Part shown: in pieces, positions 29,541 to 37,515 of the stretch
Layout: every line of letters begins with the position of its first letter
Numbering within the stretch: position 1 is the first letter of the stretch
DNA from: Candidatus Aphodosoma sp.
GTDB taxonomy: Bacteria; Bacteroidota; Bacteroidia; Bacteroidales; Paludibacteraceae
Reading direction: 5' to 3'
DNA: 37,610 nt
Assembly: GCA_045635445.1 (NCBI GenBank)
Contig: JAZRCE010000014.1
Coordinates: forward strand, 1-37,610
The notes under the pieces: generated by a model
The model's database searches: none
What the model was told of the DNA's origin: nothing
What the model saw: the letters and a program-made list of their open reading frames with translations, nothing else
Position numbers and translations under genes: made by a program

Positions 29541-30938
29541 ATGTACCTAACCATACTTCTAATATATGTTGCAATTTTGCTTGGTGTTGGATATCTGACA
29601 TCACGAAAAAATGCATCTAACGAAGCTTTTTTCAGTGGCCACCATCGCTCACCATGGTATTTAGTTGCTTTCGGTATGATTGGGGCATCTATTAGTGGCA
29701 TTAGTGTTGTGTCGGTACCAGGTATGGTAGTAGCATCGGGATGGACATACCTACAGACTTGTCTTGGATTCTTTTTTGGCTATATCGCAGTAGCATATCT
29801 ACTTTTGCCTTTGTACTATCGTCTGAAACTCACATCAATATACGAATATCTCAACACTAGGTTTGGTGCATCATCATATCACACAGGGTCGATATTTTTT
29901 GTGATAGCCAAAATGGTCACCTCTGCCACCAAACTCTACGTAGCAGTACTTGTGCTACAACACTTTATATTCACCGAATGGAACGTTCCGTTTTGGATTA
30001 CGGTCGTAATATGTGTTGCTATAATTTGGCTATACACTCATCGGGCTGGAATTAAGACTATTGTGTGGACCGACACGTTACAGACTATGTTTTTTATTGT
30101 AGCAATCAGCATAATGTGCTACGAAGCATATAAACTAACCAATGTGCAACTCTCGACTTTCAACTTTCAACGTTTAACATTCAACTTCGACAATTGGCAT
30201 TCTACTCAATATTTTTGGAAACAGTTTATTAGCGGTATTTTTATTGTAATTGTGATGACTGGTCTCGACCAGGATATGATGCAAAAAAATCTCACGTGTC
30301 GCACACTCGGCGAAAGTCAAAAAAACATGCTCAGCTATGGCATTGCATTCGTGCCTATCAACTTTATATTACTGCTTTTAGGATCATTAATAATCAGTTA
30401 CACCCAACAATCAGGCATCGCACTTCCCGCCACACCCGACAAAATCATGCCATTTATGGTGTCGGACATTATGTCACCAATAGTGGGCATTTGTTTTGTG
30501 CTAGGCATTATCTCGGCATCATTCTCAAGTGCCGATTCGGCTCTAACTGCAATCACTACTACCCTTGCGATAGACATATTCAAATGGAAACACAGCGAAA
30601 ATCAACGCCGTATACTACACATTGCTGTATGTATACTGTTCGCCATTATTGTGATTCTATTTGGTTACACACAAAACAGATCAATAATTGATACAATATA
30701 CACTATCGTGGGTTATGCCTATGGACCACTACTTGGCATGTTTGCATTCGGACTATTCACTCGCTATCAAGTTTGCGATAGATTAGTACCACTCGTGGCA
30801 ATAGTCTCACCTATAATATGCTACATAATAAACTTTATCTCAACCAATTATTTCAATTACCAATGGGGGTATGAATTGCTACTACTCAATGGAATACTCA
30901 CATTCATCGGACTATTTTGTATAAGGAATAAGGAATAG
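29541..30938 (+). CDS. Sodium:solute symporter family (SSF) transporter
   Basis: 465 aa with about 12-13 TM segments. SSF-like N-terminal 'FFSGHHRSPWYLVAFGMIGASISGIS' and 'QDMMQK'. Substrate unknown. Confidence 0.75.
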   Translation: MYLTILLIYVAILLGVGYLTSRKNASNEAFFSGHHRSPWYLVAFGMIGASISGISVVSVPGMVVASGWTYLQTCLGFFFGYIAVAYLLLPLYYRLKLTSIYEYLNTRFGASSYHTGSIFFVIAKMVTSATKLYVAVLVLQHFIFTEWNVPFWITVVICVAIIWLYTHRAGIKTIVWTDTLQTMFFIVAISIMCYEAYKLTNVQLSTFNFQRLTFNFDNWHSTQYFWKQFISGIFIVIVMTGLDQDMMQKNLTCRTLGESQKNMLSYGIAFVPINFILLLLGSLIISYTQQSGIALPATPDKIMPFMVSDIMSPIVGICFVLGIISASFSSADSALTAITTTLAIDIFKWKHSENQRRILHIAVCILFAIIVILFGYTQNRSIIDTIYTIVGYAYGPLLGMFAFGLFTRYQVCDRLVPLVAIVSPIICYIINFISTNYFNYQWGYELLLLNGILTFIGLFCIRNKE

Positions 30939-30962
30939 AAAAAATTTAAATACATACATAAA

Positions 30963-31004
30963 TAACTAATAACTAGTAACTAGTAACTAGTAACTAGTAA
31001 CTAT
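30963..31004. repeat. Heptanucleotide microsatellite (TAACTAG)x6, outer copies degenerate
   Basis: taactaa-taactag-taactag-taactag-taactag-taactat. Contains four ACTAGT palindromes at 7-bp phasing and ends 9 nt before the engB ATG. Confidence 0.9.
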
Positions 31005-31013
31005 AAAAAAAAT

Positions 31014-31631
31014 ATGCATATCAGTTCATCAGAATTCGTAGTATCAAACACCGACTACAAACGTTGTCCTGAAGGACGTCTACATGAGTTTGCCTTCATC
31101 GGCCGAAGCAATGTAGGCAAATCTTCGCTCATCAATATGCTTTTACAGCATCCCGACTTAGCCAAAACATCATCAAAACCAGGTAAAACACTATTGATAA
31201 ACCATTTCTTAGTCAACAAGCAATGGTATATAGTCGATCTTCCTGGTTATGGTTATGCTCGCGCATCTAAAGAGCAACGCCGCAAACTTCGGGGTATCAT
31301 TGATGGTTACATTCTCTTCCGTCCACAACTCACCAACCTATTTGTACTCATTGACTGTCGCCACGAGCCACAACAAATCGATGTGGAATTTATGCGCTGG
31401 TTAGGCGAATCAGGCATACCATTCTCTATTGTTTTCACCAAAACGGACAAATTAAGTCAATCCCGTTTAGCCGCCAATATCGAAAATTACAAGAATGAAC
31501 TCCTAAAAGAGTGGGAAACTCTGCCGCCAATGTTTGCCACCTCATCAGAAAAAGCTCAAGGACGCGACGAACTTCTCAACTACATAGAAGATATTATGCG
31601 CCAAGTCAATGAAGAAGAAAAATCATTCTAA
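31014..31631 (+). CDS. engB: Ribosome-biogenesis GTP-binding protein YsxC/EngB
   Basis: G1 '[12 protein letters not shown]', G3 'DLPGYGY', G4 'TKTDK'. 205 aa. Confidence 0.9.
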   Translation: MHISSSEFVVSNTDYKRCPEGRLHEFAFIGRSNVGKSSLINMLLQHPDLAKTSSKPGKTLLINHFLVNKQWYIVDLPGYGYARASKEQRRKLRGIIDGYILFRPQLTNLFVLIDCRHEPQQIDVEFMRWLGESGIPFSIVFTKTDKLSQSRLAANIENYKNELLKEWETLPPMFATSSEKAQGRDELLNYIEDIMRQVNEEEKSF

Positions 31632-31665
31632 AAAACTAATAGTAAAAAAATCATTAACAGCAAAA

Positions 31666-31702
31666 ACAAACTCCTCTCGCACATGATACGAGAGGAGTTT
31701 GT
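31666..31702. terminator. Hairpin terminator between convergent engB and the TPR gene
   Basis: 14-bp perfect stem acaaactcctctcg / cgagaggagtttgt. Confidence 0.7.
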
Positions 31703-31719
31703 CCTTTATAACATTCACA

Positions 31720-33357
31720 TTAATGCTGATTCTTATATCGTTCAATCAAAGCTTTAAATTCAGGCAAATCTCTAATATTATCAAAGTCCTTATCTAAATT
31801 GATATGCACAAAATTACGGAACCCACCATCCAACGAACGCTCTAGATAACGCAATGCCATCTCCTTTTGCCCCATCAACGAATACAAACAAGCTGCATTA
31901 TAATCATCTATTTCCTTTTCAGCATATCCTTCTACCAATATCTCCAACGCCTTCGCACTATCACCTAGATAGAAATAAGCAAATGCAAGTCTCACATCTC
32001 TACCACTTTCCAATTCTATAACTTTATTAAAATCTTCTTCTGCTGCAATTTTTTTATTTTTTTGTTGCAACAAAACGCCACGGTTCAAAAGATAATAACC
32101 CTCTGTTGGATCCAATGTTATCGCCATAGAATAATCATCAATTGCATCATCAATTCTACCCATATAATAATAAAGTTTGCCACGTAATTGATAAAAATCT
32201 GCCACCTCTGGATCCAATGCAATAGCTTCATTAATAGATTCAAGCGATTTATCCAACAACCCTTGTCCATAATATGCCCTATGATAAAGATAATGAGCTG
32301 TTATATCTAATGTATCTCGTTTCACCAAAGTATCCAAATCACACAATGCTTTATCATATTCTCCAAGTTCAATATGAGAAAGAGCCAATATCGTATAAGG
32401 AGTTAAATAATCAGGATACATCTTATTTAAATCTTCTGCATACTTAATAGCATTATGATAATCATCTAAATCCCAATAATAAACTCTCATCAAAAAATCC
32501 TTGATAACATCCTCTTTATTAGGATATTCAACCAAAGCTATTTTCAATCTAGCGACAAACAATTCAGGAGCTTCTCCCTTAAGAACATCAAACATATCCT
32601 CAACCCAATCAATTGGATCTAACATATACGAATCAATAGCAGGCTCTATTGCACTCTCAATATCACCCTTCTCTAAATAAGCACGAGCTAACTGAGCCAA
32701 AGCCCAAGGCAATCCACTATCTTCGTAGCTAATCGCCTGTTGAGCAGCCTCTATCGCCTCATCATACTGTCCAAGATTAATATAAGTAACAGCCAATCCA
32801 ATATAGTTGCCAGATGTTTGCTCTATTTCATTAGCTGCATTAAACATTTTTTTTGCCATGTCATATTTCTCTAAATAAATATAATTCTGACCCTTTTCTT
32901 GCAAAAAATCGGCGTTCTGATTCAACTTAAAACCTTTATCCAATTGTTTATTTGATTCAACATACTTTTCTAAATTTCTATAAACAAGCGCCTTATAATA
33001 ATAACACAACGAGTGATAAAACTTATCTTTTTTCGGTATATATTTCATTGCCTTATCATAAGTTTTAAAGAAAAAATCATGAACATACATTATCCTAGCT
33101 TCTTCCTCCGACACACCTAACTCTTCAAGCGACGAATAATACAACATATAAGCATGAAAGAAATGTGCATATCCATTCTTTGGATTTACAGTTAATTCTT
33201 GCTTAACTAGGTCAATAGCTTGTTTCACCTCTTCATTTTCATACAAACTAATAGCTTCAGCCAATCTACCCTCTTCAAGTTGAGGACGACTCATCTCTTG
33301 TGCCATTACCGAAAACATTGACACAAAAGCAACTAATAATAAAAATAACTTTTTCAT
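31720..33357 (-). CDS. Secreted tetratricopeptide-repeat protein
   Basis: The track start (33384) is a TTG. ATG 33357 gives the signal peptide MKKLFLLLVAFVSMFSVMAQE. Many TPR-like 34-aa repeats ('A..YYNLG.YDEAI..'). Confidence 0.8.
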   Translation of the reverse strand: MKKLFLLLVAFVSMFSVMAQEMSRPQLEEGRLAEAISLYENEEVKQAIDLVKQELTVNPKNGYAHFFHAYMLYYSSLEELGVSEEEARIMYVHDFFFKTYDKAMKYIPKKDKFYHSLCYYYKALVYRNLEKYVESNKQLDKGFKLNQNADFLQEKGQNYIYLEKYDMAKKMFNAANEIEQTSGNYIGLAVTYINLGQYDEAIEAAQQAISYEDSGLPWALAQLARAYLEKGDIESAIEPAIDSYMLDPIDWVEDMFDVLKGEAPELFVARLKIALVEYPNKEDVIKDFLMRVYYWDLDDYHNAIKYAEDLNKMYPDYLTPYTILALSHIELGEYDKALCDLDTLVKRDTLDITAHYLYHRAYYGQGLLDKSLESINEAIALDPEVADFYQLRGKLYYYMGRIDDAIDDYSMAITLDPTEGYYLLNRGVLLQQKNKKIAAEEDFNKVIELESGRDVRLAFAYFYLGDSAKALEILVEGYAEKEIDDYNAACLYSLMGQKEMALRYLERSLDGGFRNFVHINLDKDFDNIRDLPEFKALIERYKNQH

Positions 33358-33404
33358 AACCTTATTTTTAATATAAAAAAACAAATTATCTACTACATTT
33401 CACA

Positions 33405-34214
33405 TCACAACGTCCAATCTTGCATATTATCTTCACCCTCTATCTTATTTTCCACATCATCAGGTAAAGCATAAAACAAATCAATATTTGCCATATTCTC
33501 AATTTCATCAATAGTTCTGATGTAATACAATATTGGTTTCGATCCTGCTACATTTTCACACACAAAACCAATTGTAGTCCACGAATCACCTTTTTTTCGT
33601 AATATCGCTTTATAGAAAGCATCAGGTATAGCAATACGCTGATAATTACCCATATACTCTGGTTTATCAGCCACTATCGGACCACAAACTACATATACCG
33701 ACTCATATCGTTGTGCATAATCTCTCACCAACTCTTCTATATCATTCCAATCCCCACGATTAAGATTTGCATTTTGTGGACAAATATTTGTTGTATAAAA
33801 CGACTCCTTCATCGCCTGTTCACTCCATTTCATATCAGCCGCAGGAGCCATATGTCCTCTATCATATTTACCAGGATTGTTCGTATAATCCTTATGCACC
33901 ACAGCATTACCTTTTACTTTAGGGTCAGGCGAGAAACCATTACAACGTTCCACCTCGCCCATTGTTTCCTGTTTAGTCAATTCATAAGCTACCCAATTAG
34001 GCAATTTCCAATCATCATTATAGCTCACAGCATACGCCAAATGACTAATAACCTGCGACTTCCGGCCATCTATTACCTTCGCAAGTTTTGTCTCTTCAAC
34101 AATTGAGTTCTCTGTTGATTTAGTCTGAGTTTGAGATATAGGTTCCGACCGAGTCCATGCAAACAACCCAATACCACATAAAAGTACGACAAATAAAAAC
34201 AATTTCGACTTCAT
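33405..34214 (-). CDS. Secreted DNA/RNA non-specific endonuclease (Serratia NucA / Endonuclease_NS family)
   Basis: Signal peptide. The catalytic 'YDRGHMAPAADM' (DRGH motif) and 'NICPQNANLNRGDW' (metal-binding Asn) are diagnostic. Confidence 0.85.
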   Translation of the reverse strand: MKSKLFLFVVLLCGIGLFAWTRSEPISQTQTKSTENSIVEETKLAKVIDGRKSQVISHLAYAVSYNDDWKLPNWVAYELTKQETMGEVERCNGFSPDPKVKGNAVVHKDYTNNPGKYDRGHMAPAADMKWSEQAMKESFYTTNICPQNANLNRGDWNDIEELVRDYAQRYESVYVVCGPIVADKPEYMGNYQRIAIPDAFYKAILRKKGDSWTTIGFVCENVAGSKPILYYIRTIDEIENMANIDLFYALPDDVENKIEGEDNMQDWTL

Positions 34215-34236
34215 AACAAACTATATTTACTGACCA

Positions 34237-34267
34237 CAAAGTTACAACTTTTCTTCCAACTAACAAA
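34237..34267 (-). promoter_or_regulatory. Promoter of the nuclease-TPR unit (-7 TAACTTTG, -33 TTTG)
   Basis: Minus-strand TAACTTTG (34237-34244) and TTTG (34264-34267) with a 19-nt spacer, 23 nt upstream of the ATG at 34214. Confidence 0.5.
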
Positions 34268-34277
34268 AATATATCGT

Positions 34278-34308
34278 AAAAAAAGTTGACCAAAACAACT
34301 TGATCAAC
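34278..34308 (-). terminator. Rho-independent terminator ending the upstream envelope-protein operon
   Basis: Minus strand: GTTGATCAA-gttgtt-TTGGTCAAC (9 bp, one G-U) followed by T7. Confidence 0.7.
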
Positions 34309-34341
34309 CTTTTCTTTATTTCATTTATCACCAAAGCCAAT

Positions 34342-34623
34342 CTAAACAAAACAACGCCTCACCTTAATATATTTCCCATATTCACGACGAGCCGGAATTA
34401 ATACATTATCAATAAGAGCCTGCAAATTTTCCTCAACACCAGCATTTTCAGGAGTATTATCTATAGAATAACAAAGAGCAGTCCAACTGAAACACAACTC
34501 CTCAACCTCAAAGCAAGGAATATCTAACCAAACCTTAAATTCTTGTTCTATCCTATTATAATTCCAAGCAATTAAACCAATAATCAAGGCACCAAATAAA
34601 ACAACTATCAACCATCTCTTCAT
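34342..34623 (-). CDS. Small membrane-anchored protein resembling the N-terminal half of an M15 (Peptidase_M15_3-type) cell-wall peptidase; probable gene remnant
   Basis: N-terminal TM 'WLIVVLFGALIIGLIAW'. 'FEVEELCFSWTALCYSIDNTPENAGVEENLQALIDNVLIPARREYGKYIKV' follows the F..eF..S.TA...IdN.P...NL..L...L.P.R...G..I.V pattern. The ORF stops where SGxR and the Zn-ligand His/Asp motifs should follow. No continuation in any frame. Confidence 0.4.
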   Translation of the reverse strand: MKRWLIVVLFGALIIGLIAWNYNRIEQEFKVWLDIPCFEVEELCFSWTALCYSIDNTPENAGVEENLQALIDNVLIPARREYGKYIKVRRCFV

Positions 34624-34632
34624 AATAAAACA

Positions 34633-34923
34633 TTATTTCTTCCTCAACGCTAAAATAAGCAATAATATTGCAACAATAATATCTACCACTAACCAAATTT
34701 CTCTTCCCAAAGCAAATTTAATAAATGGTTGAAACAACAAAGCTATAACCAAAAAAGTTATAGCCAATTGCTGTTTCTTTTTATTATAATAATTATACGC
34801 TAAATATCCTGCTATAATAGTAGTAGCAACTCTAACAATCATATAAAAGCCATAAGGCATTGGCAAAATGCATAACAACAAAATTATTGCACCAACTATC
34901 TGAATTTTTTGTTGTGTTGTCAT
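34633..34923 (-). CDS. Small integral membrane protein (3-4 TM), unknown function
   Basis: About 96 aa, highly hydrophobic ('IVGAIILLLCILPMPYGFYMIVRVATTIIAGYLAY...LLFQPF...IWLVVDIIVAILLLILAL'). The track start at 34929 is a GTG; an ATG lies at 34923. Confidence 0.55.
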   Translation of the reverse strand: MTTQQKIQIVGAIILLLCILPMPYGFYMIVRVATTIIAGYLAYNYYNKKKQQLAITFLVIALLFQPFIKFALGREIWLVVDIIVAILLLILALRKK

Positions 34924-34935
34924 ATTCACAAAATA

Positions 34936-35325
34936 TTATTCATCATAATCTTCTCCGTCATCCAATGTAGTCCCAAGTTCTTCCATAAAACCTTCAAGCG
35001 CACCTTCAAACATTTTCATTTGAGTTTCAAATTCATCCATAGTTTTATTTAGATACTCTTTAGATATTTTTGCAAACAGTCGTCCCTTCAGTTTTCCAAT
35101 CTGGTGCAACTCCTCATCAGTATAATCATACATAGAAAGCTCTTGTTCTATTTGTTCATATTCCATCATTGCATTTTCCCAATCTTGTTCAGTAAACGAT
35201 TCTGATTTTTGCACCAATGCTCTATCCAATTTTTCTAATTTTTTAATTGGAGTTTGTTTATTTTCACAAGAAGAAAAAAGAAAGACACACGCCAATAAAT
35301 AAACAAAAATTTTAAAAATTTTCAT
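34936..35325 (-). CDS. Small acidic lipoprotein, unknown function
   Basis: Lipobox 'LFSSC'. 129 aa, predicted helical, with the acidic tail 'DDGEDYDE'. Confidence 0.55.
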   Translation of the reverse strand: MKIFKIFVYLLACVFLFSSCENKQTPIKKLEKLDRALVQKSESFTEQDWENAMMEYEQIEQELSMYDYTDEELHQIGKLKGRLFAKISKEYLNKTMDEFETQMKMFEGALEGFMEELGTTLDDGEDYDE

Positions 35326-35343
35326 AACTATAAAATTTAAAAG

Positions 35344-36078
35344 TTATTCTAAAACCCCAGGTTTTGGTACAATATGTATCACAAAACGCTGATTATCTGA
35401 CTCATTTTTTTCTCTAAACTCACTAAACACACCACTACCTGACACTATTAACTCAAATGGAAGATCTTCTTTTACCTTAAATCCATTTGCTTTAGACTCA
35501 AATAAAATTCCGCGTTTCTTCCAATAATTAACTAAAGCCAAAGCTCTTTCATAACTTAATTCATTATTTCTAGAATAAGCATCCTTAGAAGCTTGCCCTT
35601 CCACAATCAAAAGATACTCTGCCCCAGGAATATCTTTTTGTGCATCTAGCATAAAGTTATGTATTGCATAGCCAACAGAATCCAACTTTAATCTTGTATT
35701 TTGCGATATTGTTTTAGCATAAATATTACTTTCCCCTCTTTCAAAAGATACTTTAATATCCTCTTTTAATGTATGCCTCTTAAAGTTAGAGTTATAAACA
35801 AAAAACCTATCATCTATTTTTTCAATAGAAGCATTAAGTTGCTTAATTTTATTAAGTTCTTCTTCTGTTGCTCTTAACAATTCTACCAAATCTTTTTTTT
35901 GTTTTTCTATAATCTCCTGTTTTGTTATTAACTCATCTATCAATTCTTTTATATCTTTAGTTTTAACAAAAACTAAAACAATAGATAAAACAAATAATAC
36001 TAACATTACAAAAAACAAACTGGACATAAAATCAGAATATGTCGTCCAAAAATAGGATGTATTTTTTACTTTTCTCAT
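35344..36078 (-). CDS. MotB-plug/OmpA-like inner-membrane protein (paralog 2, 244 aa)
   Basis: N-terminus 'YFWTTYSDFMSSLFFVMLVLFVL' resembles the MotB/PomB/ZorB TM segment with its conserved Asp (compare MotB 'YADFMT'). A coiled-coil stretch follows. The C-terminal OmpA-like domain has 'LLIVEGQASKD...ELSYERALALVNYW...NQRFVIHIV' (compare GHTD...LSxxRA...NRRVEI). Confidence 0.65.
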   Translation of the reverse strand: MRKVKNTSYFWTTYSDFMSSLFFVMLVLFVLSIVLVFVKTKDIKELIDELITKQEIIEKQKKDLVELLRATEEELNKIKQLNASIEKIDDRFFVYNSNFKRHTLKEDIKVSFERGESNIYAKTISQNTRLKLDSVGYAIHNFMLDAQKDIPGAEYLLIVEGQASKDAYSRNNELSYERALALVNYWKKRGILFESKANGFKVKEDLPFELIVSGSGVFSEFREKNESDNQRFVIHIVPKPGVLE

Positions 36079-36084
36079 TACCTA

Positions 36085-36885
36085 TTACTTATAAATTTGC
36101 TCCCAATGCCAAGACTGATTCGAGTACATATATATATCAAATACATTTGATTTAACTGTATAATTTTGCCCTATATGTTTCTTTCCTTCACCCCAATCCA
36201 TGCTTAACCACACCCTGCCATTATCCGAAGTTGTATATATTCGAGAAACAAATTCAGATGAATGTTTCTTTACTTTATTTAAAATTTCATTTTCCGAACC
36301 CAAATTGGTTACATCAAGTTCAGCATAGGCATGTCCAGGCACTGTAACAATACGAGCATTTCCTCCAACAGCCATCATTAGCGATGCTACCAAAACAGCA
36401 AAATCATCACAATCTCCTCGCAAATTAGCACAAATTGTCTCAGATGCAGATGCCACATACTCTTGATCTACAGGATCGTTCACATATCCCCAACGACTCT
36501 TACAATAAGAATATATTTCACACGCCTGTTCAATACTGAAATTTCCAGGAAAACGAGCTGCTATATCTGCGGCAAATTTACGCGTATAAACCCTATTAAA
36601 ATCACAAGCCTCATATAACATATTTTCATTCATTTTTCCATCTGTATACCAATAAGAATATTTACGTTCGCTTGATGGACATTCTGGTAAAAATATACTA
36701 TCTTTTTCATATACAAATACAGTATCCCTCTTTACCAAAACATCAGGGTCGTAAATAGGTCTCTTATTACCAATAACAATAGCATTTCTTATTTTCCTAT
36801 TTTCTATTTTTGGTTTTGGATTCTCAATACAAGATACAAATGAAATTACGATAAAAACAACTAATAAAAAAACTTTATGTTTCAT
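36085..36885 (-). CDS. Transglutaminase-like cysteine peptidase-fold lipoprotein
   Basis: ATG 36885 gives MKHKVFLLVVFIVISFVSC (lipobox); the track start at 36897 is a TTG. The Cys-His-Asp core 'RGDCDDFAVLVASLMMAVGGNARIV', 'PGHAYAEL' and 'VWLSMDWG' is as in Transglut_core proteins. Confidence 0.65.
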   Translation of the reverse strand: MKHKVFLLVVFIVISFVSCIENPKPKIENRKIRNAIVIGNKRPIYDPDVLVKRDTVFVYEKDSIFLPECPSSERKYSYWYTDGKMNENMLYEACDFNRVYTRKFAADIAARFPGNFSIEQACEIYSYCKSRWGYVNDPVDQEYVASASETICANLRGDCDDFAVLVASLMMAVGGNARIVTVPGHAYAELDVTNLGSENEILNKVKKHSSEFVSRIYTTSDNGRVWLSMDWGEGKKHIGQNYTVKSNVFDIYMYSNQSWHWEQIYK

Positions 36886-36889
36886 AAGA

Positions 36890-37513
36890 TTATTCAATTA
36901 TTCCTGGTTTAGGTACTATGTGTATTACAAATCGTTGATTTTTCTTGTTTCCAGCATTATCTGGTTTTACTCTAAACTTACTAGATTGACCACTTCCTGA
37001 TATAATTACCTCGCAAGGTAAACCATCGAAAGTGATGCCATTTAAACTCCAAAATTGGACTAAAGATAAAGCTCTTTCATAACTTAAACGATAATTATAT
37101 CGATAATTATCCTTAGATGATTGACCTTCAACAATCAATAAATATTTAGCTGATGGCAATTCTTTTTGAGCCTCTTTCATAAATGTTACAATAGCTTGCC
37201 CTGCTTTCTTTAAATGCTCCCTATCATTAGGGTCTATATCCTCAATATTAGAACTATTAACATTAAATGAAACTTGAATATTTTTCAATGTATGTCGTTT
37301 ATAATCTGAATCATATTCAAAATATGTCGAGTCTATTTTTTCAATAGATTCATTGATTTCTTTTATTTTTTTTAATTCTGTTTCTGTTGCATTAATTCGT
37401 TTAAATAATAGAACTATAGACAACACAAACAAAACTAACATTACGAAAAACAAACACGACATAAAATCCGAATATGTCGTCCAAAAATATGCCGTTTTTT
37501 TAGTTTGCTCCAT
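36890..37513 (-). CDS. MotB-plug/OmpA-like inner-membrane protein (paralog 1, 207 aa)
   Basis: 'YFWTTYSDFMSCLFFVMLVLFVL' TM with Asp, a short coiled coil, then an OmpA-like domain 'LLIVEGQSSKD...RLSYERALSLVQFW...NQRFVIHIV'. The N- and C-termini are nearly identical to the 35344-36078 product. Confidence 0.65.
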   Translation of the reverse strand: MEQTKKTAYFWTTYSDFMSCLFFVMLVLFVLSIVLLFKRINATETELKKIKEINESIEKIDSTYFEYDSDYKRHTLKNIQVSFNVNSSNIEDIDPNDREHLKKAGQAIVTFMKEAQKELPSAKYLLIVEGQSSKDNYRYNYRLSYERALSLVQFWSLNGITFDGLPCEVIISGSGQSSKFRVKPDNAGNKKNQRFVIHIVPKPGIIE

Positions 37514-37515
37514 TA

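Noticed and set aside
30296-30691. 131-aa same-strand alternative-frame ORF inside the symporter gene
   Set aside because: The translation is highly basic and His/Arg/Thr-rich with no start context, and the overlapping frame encodes continuous TM helices.
30963-31004. CRISPR array or transposon terminal repeat
   Set aside because: The 7-bp units are directly abutting with no spacers. No cas genes and no inverted terminal repeats or transposase are present. It is a simple microsatellite.
33711-34106. 131-aa ORF antisense to the nuclease gene
   Set aside because: The nuclease frame carries diagnostic DRGH and N-x-x-P-Q motifs. The antisense ORF has no supporting signals.
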